Shown: positions 13,390 to 26,339, counted from the whole stretch's first letter. The stretch is DNA of 63,295 nucleotides, filler included, from Octopus bimaculoides (GCF_001194135.2; 6 parts of 6 records of this genome joined end to end with filler, not necessarily neighbours in it), one strand, 5' to 3'. A program made the numbers and translations. The notes: generated by a model from the sequence alone, not told the origin.

Positions 13390-14361
13390 TACACACACAC
13401 ACATACGCGCATATTCACAGACACACATACACACACTCACTCACACACATAGATATGTTATACGTGTGTGTGTATATATATACACATATATTTATGCATG
13501 ATGATTTATATGTACACACGCATACACATGCACGTGCACAAATACTTACACATTGATTAAGCACAAGGCAGCGTAAATAAAGACTTAATTCAATTAAAAT
13601 ATTAGAAAGCTTAAGCATGAGAGAAATTACAATAGCGTAAATGAATTCTGTCTATGCTTTTGATTTGCGAAAAAAAAACAAAACAAAAAACAAAACAAAG
13701 AGAAAAACAGAGGAAATATTAGTTTATAGTTTGTTGACCGCTCCTCAGTGAAGAAGTACCTGATTTTCTCCCCTAGCCGACAACTTAAAATATTCAGATG
13801 TCATATAAAGAATCAGAAATGAATGTATTACTGTAGTGGATAACATAATATGCACATTTTAATTTTGTGTCTTGTCATATATATGAAAATATATATGCAT
13901 GACACAACATGAATCTGAAAGGTTTTAATTTATCTTAGTATTAGAAACTGTTGGCAGAATTATAAGACTATAAATACATTCTACACTTTCGATGTTTGGC
14001 TTAGAAGGCAGTCTCCTACCGGAATATTACGCAATTTGTTGGCGTGCCTGCATGACTACATTCTCACATATACACACGCAGTCTTATGTTTTCCATGTTC
14101 AGAAGCTATTATAAATCTGGATAAAGAAGCTGATGAGAATTTCTCACATTTGCTTTTACTTTCCTTTTCGTTATTAGTTTTCCAGGATATATCTGTTTTT
14201 TATAATATTTAAACTTCAAGTGTTTTGTTTTATAATCGTTGTATTCTCTTGCTTTGACCTTGTAGCTTGTTTTCTGTCGCCCACAGACCCCTCCTCCCAC
14301 ATGCAATACGCATGCTGTTTCACTGCTGTTCATCTCTTTCTTTTTCCTGATGCCATTTCTG

Positions 14362-14455
14362 TCACTGGCTGCTGCTGCCCGCAGCAATCTTTTCATCATA
14401 GTTTTTCCTGAACGCTTTAGAGTTCGAACTTCGTACTCCACTCTTTTCTATCTTT
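14362..14455 (-). CDS. Candidate terminal coding exon of unidentified gene (KIEKSGVRSSNSKAFRKNYDEKIAAGSSSQ*)
   Basis: Acceptor atatttatctag followed by an open frame to TGA in unique sequence. No homology recognised; could be chance. Confidence 0.2.
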
Positions 14456-14839
14456 CTAGATAAATATTCTCAGGAACTCAGTTTCCAAATCGTTTGTACT
14501 GGCATTATTTCTGTTACCATCATAATTTAAAACGGTATGCACTTTTTACATTGAATTGTATTGTTATGTATCATTTGTCTGATACCTATTGTTTCACATG
14601 TTTGCGGTTGTCACCGGCTTTTAAGCCGCAACACTGTATTGTTTGCTCATCCGCCTAAATAATATGTATGCTCACTAGTGCTCTCTGGGCAATCGGTTCT
14701 ACATTTACCATGGACAAAAGACATTAGCCTTCAGCATAGTAAACCTGACAAAGGGATTTCTGTTATTTTTTTCTATTTCATCTCATTTTTAGGAATAAAT
14801 ATTTATATAAATTTTATATTCTACTCAAATAATTAAGGT

Positions 14840-14880
<41 letters not shown>

Positions 14881-14884
14881 CTTA

Positions 14885-14984
14885 AGCAGAAGTAACAGTG
14901 ACTCAAGGTCCGATAGTGCCAGGCATTAGCACTTGTGCCAACGCATGAAACTCTCGGACCTTGAGTCACTCTGTTGCTTCTGCT
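14885..14984. other. ~100-nt hairpin (29-bp stem, structured 40-nt loop)
   Basis: AGCAGAAGTAACAGTGACTCAAGGTCCGA pairs with TCGGACCTTGAGTCACTCTGTTGCTTCTGCT (one G-U, one 2-nt bulge). Confidence 0.9.
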
Positions 14985-15118
14985 AAATGTTAATAAACAT
15001 ATACATATACTCTCATATTCTGAGTTCTAATTTTTCTGTTTGTACCAGCATACCTGTATATATACATATACTCATACTTTGAATAATGGTATGAGTATAT
15101 TATTATTATTACTATTGA

Positions 15119-15145
15119 ATAATAATAATAATAATAATAATAATG

Positions 15146-15179
<34 letters not shown>

Positions 15180-15195
15180 GGATAATGATAATAAG

Positions 15196-15227
<32 letters not shown>

Positions 15228-15285
15228 TAATAATAATATTAATAATAATAATAATAATGATAATAATAATAACAACAACAACAAC
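15119..15285. repeat. (AAT)n/(GAT) microsatellite
   Basis: Read directly; source of the poly-Asn/poly-Ile/poly-Leu ORFs. Confidence 0.95.
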
Positions 15286-15337
15286 ATCGAAGAATACCTT
15301 AGGAATGAGAACCCAGGTTCGAAATTTCCCCAAGACA
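15286..15337 (+). mobile_element. 5' fragment of the PLE pLTR family
   Basis: TTAGGAATGAGAACCCAGGTTCGAAATTTCCCCAAGACAC resembles 7799-7845 and the inverted copy near 6335-6350. Cut off by a SINE. Confidence 0.55.
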
Positions 15338-15349
15338 CTTGTTATAGGC

Positions 15350-15515
15350 GCAGGAGTGGCTGTGGGGTAAGTAGCTTGCGCACCAACCACATGGTTCTGG
15401 GTTCAGTCCCACTGCGTGGCATCTTGAGCAAGTGTCTTCTACTATAGCCTCGCGTTGACCAAAGCCTTGCGAGTGGATTTGGTAGGCAGAAACTGAAAGA
15501 CACCCGTCGTATATA
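15350..15515 (+). mobile_element. CORE-type SINE, 5' half running into a (TA)n gap
   Basis: GGCGCAGGAGTGGCTGTGGGGTAAG...GGGTTCAGTCCC...GAGCAAGTGTCTTC. Confidence 0.85.
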
Positions 15516-16116
15516 NNNNNNNNNNNNNNNNNNNNNNNNNNNNNNNNNNNNNNNNNNNNNNNNNNNNNNNNNNNNNNNNNNNNNNNNNNNNNNNNNNNNN
15601 NNNNNNNNNNNNNNNNNNNNNNNNNNNNNNNNNNNNNNNNNNNNNNNNNNNNNNNNNNNNNNNNNNNNNNNNNNNNNNNNNNNNNNNNNNNNNNNNNNNN
15701 NNNNNNNNNNNNNNNNNNNNNNNNNNNNNNNNNNNNNNNNNNNNNNNNNNNNNNNNNNNNNNNNNNNNNNNNNNNNNNNNNNNNNNNNNNNNNNNNNNNN
15801 NNNNNNNNNNNNNNNNNNNNNNNNNNNNNNNNNNNNNNNNNNNNNNNNNNNNNNNNNNNNNNNNNNNNNNNNNNNNNNNNNNNNNNNNNNNNNNNNNNNN
15901 NNNNNNNNNNNNNNNNNNNNNNNNNNNNNNNNNNNNNNNNNNNNNNNNNNNNNNNNNNNNNNNNNNNNNNNNNNNNNNNNNNNNNNNNNNNNNNNNNNNN
16001 NNNNNNNNNNNNNNNNNNNNNNNNNNNNNNNNNNNNNNNNNNNNNNNNNNNNNNNNNNNNNNNNNNNNNNNNNNNNNNNNNNNNNNNNNNNNNNNNNNNN
16101 NNNNNNNNNNNNNNNN

Positions 16117-16217
<101 letters not shown>

Positions 16218-17508
16218 AAACTTACTGTTAATAAACGTTGGGTGTGTTTTGCGTACTGTTACTTAATGAATAAAAAAAAAAAAAGACAACGACAGATAAA
16301 AAATGTATACGTATAAGACACAAAGGGTCCCTTATTCTTCATCAGTTATCAACCAAAAAGGTAATACTCAGTTTCGCACCAGTAGTGATAAGACTGAGGA
16401 CTTCCCATATTAGAAGTGCTTGCGAAAGACGCAGAGAATGTCGAGCCTCACGCAAACAAATAACAGAGAGTGGACATACAAAAGTAAATAAATGAGTATT
16501 TTTAGACGATGGACAAAGAAGAAAAGAGCAAAATACGGCCTTAGGGCCAAAAGACAAGAATCGTGGGTAACGCTTAGAAGAAATCCTGAAGGATATACAC
16601 AACAGCAAATAGCAAGACAGAGAAATTTTCTTTTTTTGCAACTGAATCGCTGGGTGGCCAATACGAGAAAGTGAGAGAATGGAAGAAAGCTGGCCGTGGG
16701 CCTGTGTCAGCAGTAGGTAGAGGAAAAAGGGAGAGAGAGCGACAGAGAGAAGATAGGGAGAAAATAGGGGAAGAAATGAAGGGGAAAATATATATAGTGT
16801 TACGAACGAAAACATTATATTCAGATAATTTCTCGTTCGTACGACGCAAATTAGAATACCGCTCTCTGGGTTTCTAGGCGAATATGAAAAAATAATTCTT
16901 TATGGTCACGTGACTCTTTAAAACGTAAGCAGTATGGTTTTGGTGCGATTTTTGCTGTGTGGGCGAACTATAAAAACTGCTAGTGAACATGTGGCGAGAG
17001 AGTTAGTTTGTGCTGAGTTTGTTCAATGAGAGTCGACAGTGTCGAACAGGTGGTTCGAAGTCTGCTGGAAGACTATGTGCAACGTTGACGTGTGATATGC
17101 TGGGAAGTCGACGTGAGCGGTTTTATGTAGTAGTCGGTGCCATGCGGTCGAGTGGCTAGAAACAAATTGTAATCACAGTCGTTAAATACTGATCGTAGTG
17201 GTTAGCCGTTAACTGAAAACTGAGTGCTAATTTATCCACCCAGATAATATATCTCTCTAACTTCACTTATATATATATATATATATATATCTATATANNN
17301 NNNNNNNNNNNNNNNNNNNNNNNNNNNNNNNNNNNNNNNNNNNNNNNNNNNNNNNNNNNNNNNNNNNNNNNNNNNNNNNNNNNNNNNNNNNNNNNNNNNN
17401 NNNNNNNNNNNNNNNNNNNNNNNNNNNNNNNNNNNNNNNNNNNNNNNNNNNNNNNNNNNNNNNNNNNNNNNNNNNNNNNNNNNNNNNNNNNNNNNNNNNN
17501 NNNNNNNN

Positions 17509-17550
<42 letters not shown>

Positions 17551-17880
17551 TGCAGACTTTGTGGAGTTAACACCGGAAATATTACTCACATCACGAGCAG
17601 TTGTCCGAAAATGTTATCTACCGAGGAGACATGATGTAGCTAGGACCCTCTATAATGAAATCCATCGGAAGGATAACCCGAGGACAAAAATCTAGAAGCC
17701 ATAGCCACACATAATAAAATGGAGTACTAGAGGAATGTCCCAGTGAATGCTCCAATAAAATGTAAGCACAACAGACCTGATATAATGATTTGGGATAGAG
17801 AAGAGAAACTCTGCCCAGCAGATGTCAACATAAAGCTGAAGATCAGTGATAAAGAGAACTATTGAGAAATCTGTGGGCAA
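17551..17880 (+). mobile_element. Non-LTR retrotransposon fragment with restriction-like endonuclease (R2/R4/NeSL group)
   Basis: CRLCGVNTGNITHITSSC (CX2CX8HX4C knuckle), RRHDVA and HNRPDIMIWDREEK (PD motif). Frameshifted. Confidence 0.85.
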
Positions 17881-17889
17881 CGATTAAAA

Positions 17890-18690
17890 ACTTCACTTCT
17901 GCTATCTAGGTAAGTACCTGGGTGCTGGGTACTCTTTTCTCAGCCAGGCATAACCTGCATTTCCTGCTGCTATTGAAATACGTTTTATATTTCTCTAGAA
18001 TCCTCCACTTTGTGCTGTACTCAATGGTATTTTCTTTCATTGACCATACGAGCTTAGCTAGGGCTGTAGCGTTACATCTCTCCAGGATGTTATAGCGGAT
18101 TCTGTCGGGGCTTTCGGTTGCTCCCACGTACTTTAGCACATTTAGTTGCTCATTTGGTCCCATGGCTGTTATCTTTGCTTCGTACATGACGGTCTCCGTG
18201 TTACAGTGGCTGTTCAGTAGACATGTGTTACCCTTACATGAGCATCCTATCTTTTATATTGGGTGCATAGCTAAAGGGTATACCTATTGAATATTTTGCT
18301 GAACCTATTTGTACGGGGGAAGGGCTTGTCTACTAAGCTAAGGAAAATCTTACCTACTCGGGTTTTAGCGCTCAAAGAGAAGAGTGGTGTGAACCACAAC
18401 ACTTTCCGGTGGCCCTTTCCATTGGAGGGGTTAGTGTTTGGAGTGTAACTAATTCTATCCTTGAAACTGCGGGCGGCTTGAGACTCATTGTGGTACAGGG
18501 TGGCGGCATCAAAAATCTATTTGTTTGAACATAAGTAGGAGATTTTTCTGTTGACATCTTTTACCAGATTCTTGAAAATTGTGGCTGCTTGACAGGATTC
18601 TGTGTTAATATATGATAGCTTCTCGTTAGGCTTCGTAAAGGGCCTATAGGCACCGGATTTCAAATATATGTAATAGTCTTCTACTATAGC
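17890..18690 (-). mobile_element. Penelope-like element (Neptune-type) RT thumb + Cys linker + GIY-YIG fragment
   Basis: YRPFTKPNEKLSYINTES, GCSCKGNTCLLNSHCNTETVMYEAK...KYVGAT and LAKLVWSMK...WRILE...CRLCLAEK. Confidence 0.85.
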
Positions 18691-18755
18691 TCCGGGTGGG
18701 CTAAAACCCTGTAAGTAGATTTGGTTGACAGAAAATGAAAAGAAGCTCGCCGTAT

Positions 18756-18849
<94 letters not shown>

Positions 18850-19527
18850 NNNNNNNNNNNNNNNNNNNNNNNNNNNNNNNNNNNNNNNNNNNNNNNNNNN
18901 NNNNNNNNNNNNNNNNNNNNNNNNNNNNNNNNNNNNNNNNNNNNNNNNNNNNNNNNNNNNNNNNNNNNNNNNNNNNNNNNNNNNNNNNNNNNNNNNNNNN
19001 NNNNNNNNNNNNNNNNNNNNNNNNNNNNNNNNNNNNNNNNNNNNNNNNNNNNNNNNNNNNNNNNNNNNNNNNNNNNNNNNNNNNNNNNNNNNNNNNNNNN
19101 NNNNNNNNNNNNNNNNNNNNNNNNNNNNNNNNNNNNNNNNNNNNNNNNNNNNNNNNNNNNNNNNNNNNNNNNNNNNNNNNNNNNNNNNNNNNNNNNNNNN
19201 NNNNNNNNNNNNNNNNNNNNNNNNNNNNNNNNNNNNNNNNNNNNNNNNNNNNNNNNNNNNNNNNNNNNNNNNNNNNNNNNNNNNNNNNNNNNNNNNNNNN
19301 NNNNNNNNNNNNNNNNNNNNNNNNNNNNNNNNNNNNNNNNNNNNNNNNNNNNNNNNNNNNNNNNNNNNNNNNNNNNNNNNNNNNNNNNNNNNNNNNNNNN
19401 NNNNNNNNNNNNNNNNNNNNNNNNNNNNNNNNNNNNNNNNNNNNNNNNNNNNNNNNNNNNNNNNNNNNNNNNNNNNNNNNNNNNNNNNNNNNNNNNNNNN
19501 NNNNNNNNNNNNNNNNNNNNNNNNNNN

Positions 19528-19561
<34 letters not shown>

Positions 19562-19903
19562 TGCACACACACACATATACATACATGTATACATATATAC
19601 ATATATGTCTGTTTGCGTGTGTATATGTGTTTGTATAAATACATATATATTCATGTATATATGTATAAATATATATCATATGTAAGCAAATTCATAACTA
19701 TATACACATATATGTCTATGTATATACATCAGTATATGTATACCAGAATGTATACGAATATATACGTATATACTTACATTTCTTTGCAAATATATTTTGT
19801 GCAGTATGAACATATGTTTTTTAGGCATGCATACGTAGACACACACACACACATACACACACACACGTAAATATATATGTATGTGTATGTATACTTGTAC
19901 GTG

Positions 19904-19941
<38 letters not shown>

Positions 19942-21008
19942 TGTGTACGTTTGTTTGTATGTGTATAAAGAAAATTACATCAACTGATGAATGTCTGATA
20001 GATGTCATGAGGCTATCACTTGCTCTTGGATCGAATATTTATCACTACGATCTTTTGGCCTCGGGTTATTACACTTACTAAAAGCGCTAGGACTTAACGA
20101 ACATAATAATGAAAGGTACAACAAAGATAATATATAAATAGACGTAGAAATTAAATTTGTATTTATATATGTATTTATTTGTGTGTGTTTGTGTATGTAT
20201 GTATATAGATGGATAGGATATGCACACATTACCCGAATATATATGCGTCACTCTCTGTATGTATGTATACACATATAAATATATATAAACACACGCACAC
20301 ACAAACACACACACATGCAGATGTTTGCACATATATATATATGTATATATATATACATATGCATATATATTATATATATTATAATATATGTATGTTTATA
20401 TGTGTCATGTATATGCAAACATGCAAATGTATTTGTGTATGTATACCTATATATACATAAATGTATAAAGTATTATTTTACCAGAGGTATATATAATGTG
20501 TCTACAAATTTCATCAGAGCTACTTTAACCTAACGCCTTCCAACTAAATACAAACACGATATGAGTTTTAACGTTCTAAAACATTATCTTCCACAAAATT
20601 GACCCCTCTCGCCTTCTCCTTTCACCTTGACTTTCACCTACCCATACGCCTTTTCGAAACTTCTCGCGTGTTCCTCAATGCATCACTGCTGCAATCTTTT
20701 GTCTACTTAATAAAATAGCTTTATATTTACAGCTTTTTGATGTGTATTTTGTTTTCCTCTGGCTTTTATCAATTTTGGGGTTTTCTTTTTACATTTCCTC
20801 AAAAATCTATTAAAAGCATAAGTGATTTATATGTTCGTACATGTCACGACAGATATACTTCTATGTATCTATCATACATCTATGTCTTTCCTATCTTTAT
20901 GTTACGCTCTCTCTCCCTATCTTGCTTACTCATCTGTCTGTTTATCTGTTTGTCAGTCTACCACTCTGCCTACCTGTCTTTCTGTCTGCATGTCCGTCTG
21001 CCTGCTTG

Positions 21009-21065
<57 letters not shown>

Positions 21066-21130
21066 TTATCTGTCTGTCTGTCTGTCTGTCCTTCTGTCTG
21101 TCTGTCTGTCTGACTGCCTGCCTGCCTGCC

Positions 21131-21180
<50 letters not shown>

Positions 21181-21224
21181 TCTATCTATTTTATATTCTT
21201 TCTCCTTCACTCGAAACACCACCG

Positions 21225-21264
<40 letters not shown>

Positions 21265-21329
21265 GAAAGAGAAGTACACTTTAAGTTATAGTGCAGTAGA
21301 ATATATAGATAAAGATAGCTATGGTCGGT

Positions 21330-22130
21330 CTATGGTGTTACCCTCGGTTTCACGTCCATAAAGCGCTCTGACTCTCTTCAGATCCTAAAACCCGTTGTCT
21401 TATGGCTTCTCTTGCAAATGGCCTCTTTAGAAAATGGAGGAGGAAAAGACTTCGTTACAACAAGGGATTGTCTCTCTTTGACTATTAATTGACCATGTTG
21501 ACGTGTGGATCCCAAGCAGGGTCCGAAGATCTCCGTTTTGGAGTTAAGAATGTTCTCCGGATCGAGGGAGTGCTTTAATAACCTCGACCATTCGGCTATG
21601 CGAAGTTTACAACGCCCAGTCCCATTTATGTAGGGGCCTGGATTTTCTAGGATATTCCATGATATCACGTGTGGAATTTCATCGTCTTTCGGCCGTCATA
21701 CATGGCTAGCTAAGGACGTAGCATATCTCCTTTCCGGGATCCTGAAAGAGGATCTGTGGTTGGAGAGGTGCTGTTTGAACGTGTTACCAAAACATCCGAT
21801 GTACCTTAGTGTGCAGGTGTTGGCGATTTTGTTTCTGTCGATGTTGACGCTGCTGCTGCCGTTGTTATTGGTGTTGTTGGTGTTGGTGCTGGCATCGTCA
21901 AATCTGCCGTTGGTGTTGGTGCCTTCGCCAATGCCATTAATACTGGCGCAGGGGACATCATCGGTAGTGGTGCTGTTGTTGGTGTTATAGCCATCGTTTT
22001 GTTGTTGTTGGAGCAGTTATCGGCGCTATCGTTGTTATTGTTATCATTGGCGATGGCTTTGCTGCTATTTCTGTTCGGGATGCTGGCACCAACACCAGCA
22101 ATAACAACAACAATGACAACGATAGCTACT
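21330..22130 (-). mobile_element. Penelope-like element 3' fragment (GIY-YIG C-half + pLTR)
   Basis: YIGCFGNTFKQHLSNHRSSF...SLASHV*R...ISWNILE...GRCKL...LNSKTEIFGPC, with one TGA in place of a Trp. Asn/Thr-rich codon repeats upstream. Confidence 0.85.
21334..21386 (-). ncRNA. Degenerate hammerhead-like motif at PLE 3' end
   Basis: Minus strand CTGAAGA-gagtc...gacgt-GAAACC-gag-GGTA. Stem II and stem I imperfect. Confidence 0.45.
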
Positions 22131-22344
22131 GCATATGTATGTATTTACAGATCTATGTATAAATTAAAATGTATAATATATGTGTGAATGTGTGTGTATG
22201 TGTGTGCATGTAAGTCTGTATACATCTATGTATACCTCCCACACATGCAATTTGCAATATGTACTTTTATACATTTTAAATATATAAATACATTTATAAA
22301 TACATACACATATACAGTTTGCATATGTGCATATATCTTTGGGT

Positions 22345-23210
22345 TTTAAGTTCTTAATGGAATTCAAGCCGGTCGCCAGCAAAGTGACAAGACTATTTGA
22401 GCTAAGGAAGTTCCCGAGATTTGTAAATAAAATATGCAGGTGACTTAATGTAAATGTAAGCACCTGCATTTCTGTTCTGTGTGAACATGACTCTGAAATA
22501 CTTAGATGTTTGTGTGTATGCATCATTACTTCTTTACTTGTGTGTCATTGTCGATGCACACAACCATGTGTGCATGTTTTCATTAAAAAAATTTCAGATA
22601 GAGAGTCTCTGGGATGTGTTACAAAGTTTCACTGTGTCATGGATAGATAGAAGTTGGAAGATGTGCATCAGTATCTTTACTTCTTCCTTTAAAAAAAATG
22701 TCCTAGGTTTTCGTGTAAATCCATAATTTTTGTAACCTAATGCACCTATGATGAGGGGTACGAATGAGAATTCATAGTCAGAGTACAAGAGCTGTAAGAT
22801 CCACATTAATACGCCATAAATGATCTCTTTTTTTTTTCCTAGACTTTTGATTGTACATTGACATTCGCTGGATATTCGACCTCTACAACAGCGCATGGAT
22901 TTTGTTCCCTGTCCCATACAACAATATTAAGTCTGTTGAGTTTTCACCGGATTGATGTTTTGTTTTGTTTGGGAGTATTCCACCAGTATTCCTTGTTTTG
23001 AAAGGTATGAATACGTCCTGGTTCTCACATGCTTTTGGTAATACTTTCTGCAGATAACATTTTAAATAGTTTTTGCAACTATGTCATGTCTTAAGGATAG
23101 ATAATATCATGTAGACATTTTGGAGCAGATGATGTGGGTGATATCTTCCATATAGGTGTAACATAACCGACATTTTCTATCACAACGTGGAGGTTTTTAG
23201 AAGTCACCTC
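22345..23210 (-). mobile_element. Second restriction-like-endonuclease non-LTR fragment with 3' UTR
   Basis: CRLCYTYMEDITHII...LRHDIVAK, EYWWNT, IVVWDREQNPCAVVEV and FVPLIIGALGY. Same family as 17551-17880. Confidence 0.85.
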
Positions 23211-23243
23211 TTGTATATATATTATATATATATATATATATAT

Positions 23244-23343
23244 NNNNNNNNNNNNNNNNNNNNNNNNNNNNNNNNNNNNNNNNNNNNTTAATTAATTAAN
23301 NNNNNNNNNNNNNNNNNNNNNNNNNNNNNNNNNNNNNNNNNNN
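23244..23343. other. Assembly spacer (44 N + TTAATTAATTAA + 44 N)
   Basis: Identical 100-bp construct occurs five times; the 12-mer gives stops in all six frames. Confidence 0.95.
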
Positions 23344-23376
<33 letters not shown>

Positions 23377-23944
23377 TTATGATACATATTTGTATATATG
23401 TATGTATATGATATATTCATACATACATACATATGTTCTTGTGCGCGCATATGTGCGTATGTGTGTGTTGAGAAAGTGAGATAGTGGAGTCGATCGTTGA
23501 CCATCAATAACAAAATAAGAAAAAAGAAGTCCAACAACACCAACAATAACAAACAAACCTCTTCCGTGGTCAACATTTAAGTGCAGCAGTAGAGGCCATA
23601 AATCTGTAGGCTGTCCCATGTCAACAGAGCAGACAAAACGCCAAACAGATAGACAGAACAAACAGAAAGTGCAGCCAATAGCGATTGATGAATCAATACG
23701 ACCAAGTTCACATCAACGAAAAGTGTTTATGTGCCGTGTAAAATATACTTAATGTACAAGGAAAGAAAATAACATAAATACATTAGAGAGAGCAGTCTGT
23801 CGCCTGCTGGAAAATTCCTAACAGTTAATAGGATAAAAGTTTCTTTTATTGAACGGCAGATTTATTTCCCCAGCTAAGCTGATGTTGGCCATTTTATGAG
23901 AAATGCTTCCAGCCAATTTCTTTTATATGTTATGCGTTTGTATG

Positions 23945-23978
<34 letters not shown>

Positions 23979-24381
23979 TGTAGGTATGCATGTAATGTAT
24001 GTATGTTTGTATGAATCTGTTGTGTTGTGTGTGTGTATGTGTATGCTTGAATGTATTTGTATATATAGAGTCTATGCGTCTCTTTATCTCTATATATCTC
24101 TATATGCATGCATATGTATACGAATATATTTACATACATGTACACACTTGCGCACGCGCGCACACACGCACACACGCACCCCCCCATATATATACACATA
24201 TTCATATACTTACGTACACGTCATTGACATATATTCATACACGTGTGTGTATCGATGTATATGTCTATAAGATAGATAATATATATGTAAATACACAAAT
24301 AATATATACAATAATATATGTATTTATATTTTTATCTATATATACATATATATATATATATATGCACACACATATACATAC

Positions 24382-24419
<38 letters not shown>

Positions 24420-25040
24420 NNNNNNNNNNNNNNNNNNNNNNNNNNNNNNNNNNNNNNNNNNNNNNNNNNNNNNATATGTATAGGGTGAGAGATAGAGTAA
24501 TGTGTACGCATATGCGTGTTGGCCTATACGCACACTTACACATACATACCCACACAGAAACACACACGCACATACACACACTCTTCCACACACAAACATA
24601 TAGATGTGCTTGAACCTAGGTGCAACATTTTCAGTTGATTTAAGTGGGATATTTTATCACTGAGTGTGCATCCACTCCACAGGCATTCAGCACTATGACT
24701 TTATGTGTAAATTAAACAAACGGGAAGAATGGATTTCAAATGTACCACAAATAGAACGTGTGGAACATTTACCACAAGCAATCTCGTGGGTCATCTACAT
24801 GACTTCTTGAGTGTTTATATCGTTAAAGGCTGTTGTTCTTCCTCCACAAATTATATAGAAGTTGTTGACAGTACGAATCGCTAAAAAAGGAGTTAACCGG
24901 CTTAAGTTTACCAGGTTTGTGTGAATAGCAAAGTAATTTGAGCATAGTATTCATTACACGCAAAAATAATAGGGTTCTCTTATGAAGGTGACTGAATTTG
25001 CAGCCATGTTCAAGTATGTATGTATGTATGTATGTGTGTA

Positions 25041-25243
25041 CGAAGGATGCTAAAAAGTTCCCGGCATTGGGCAAAAGAAAATATAGGAAGATTGGTTAAT
25101 TATGATTTTATTCAACATATTCGCTTCTCAGATTCATACTCATTGCAACAGTCCTTCAGTTTGCTAAGCCTTGTAGAAGAACCCGGAAGTTTGAGACTCC
25201 AGCCAAGCCTTTCGCCAGGAACATTTCAGGAACTTTTCGTTTG
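25041..25243. mobile_element. Mariner-type MITE
   Basis: TA-flanked, with TIR-like AAAAGTTCCCGGC / CAGGAACTTTT. Same family as 62185-62386. Confidence 0.75.
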
Positions 25244-25842
25244 TATGTATGTATGTATGTATGTATGTATGTATGTACGTATGTATGTATGTATGTATGT
25301 ATATATGTATGTATGTATGTTTTTTTTTCTGTTTTTCATTATTTAAATTCTTCCTGTGAAGAAGGACGTGGTTTCTGACAAAGATACAAAGCTCCATAGT
25401 TGGTAAATAGATAACGAAAACAATGTAAGACTTTATATCTGAGGAAAGTCTTACATGTATGTATGCATGCATTTATTTAAGAATGTGTGAGTGAATCAAT
25501 GCATGTATGTATATCAATCAGTTTCATTTCTGTATTTCTTGTCCATAGAGAAAGAGCCGGACTCTAACATAGATTCAAGGCTCCTTCATTGGAACTTTTA
25601 TGTATGTATGTATGTATGTATGTATGTATGTATGTATGTATGTATGTATGTATGTATGTATCTATCTATCTATCTATCTATAAATTCATGTGTGAATGCA
25701 TTGATATATGCGTGCATGTATAGATTTTGGATGTTTTATTTTCTTTTGCAGAATTGAAGACGTTCACTAATAAAGTGACAAGGCTGTTTAGTTCAAGACA
25801 AGGCAAGTCTTAGGTGCTATGGTTATCGGAATTAGGGTGAGC

Positions 25843-26184
25843 TGAAGAATGCGTACACATACTAACGATATTCTTAACAATTAAACCTGGAAAAGTAGAG
25901 GACAAGAAAACACTCATTAAAATTTGAGTTTAACATATTGCTGCTAAAATTGAAATTAGAAAATATCTCTTAGGTACTTTTTCATTTTTTTCTAAAAATT
26001 CAGTTAGTTTCACTTTTAATTTTTTAATTTTAATTTTATTTTTTGTACTAAATGAATTAATAAAAAAATTATAAATTTTAATTTTAGCAACAATATTCTA
26101 AGCTCCAATTTTAATGAGTTTTTTCTTGTCCTCTTTTTTCCAGGTTTAATTAAGAATATTGTTAGTATGCGTCCGCATTTTTCA
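25843..26184. mobile_element. Foldback/MITE-like element with ~110-bp diverged inverted arms
   Basis: 25843-~25957 is the reverse complement of ~26074-26184 at roughly 85% identity, around an AT-rich centre. Confidence 0.75.
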
Positions 26185-26339
26185 TTGGGTAGTCCAGTGT
26201 TTTTACAGGCGTTGCCGTAAAAGTAAAATTTTAACTAATATTTTATAACATTACCATTTTTTGCAGTCATTTTGAATTCAAAGATTTCCAAGACAATTCA
26301 AACAAAATTTTGATTTTTTCATTTCGAAATTAAAGTAAA

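Noticed and set aside
15040-15447. 135-aa poly-Asn ORF
   Set aside because: It is an (AAT)n tract plus pLTR and SINE sequence.
23288-23299. TTAATTAATTAA as a recurring biological motif or CRISPR-like repeat
   Set aside because: Always embedded in exactly 44+44 Ns; an artificial spacer.
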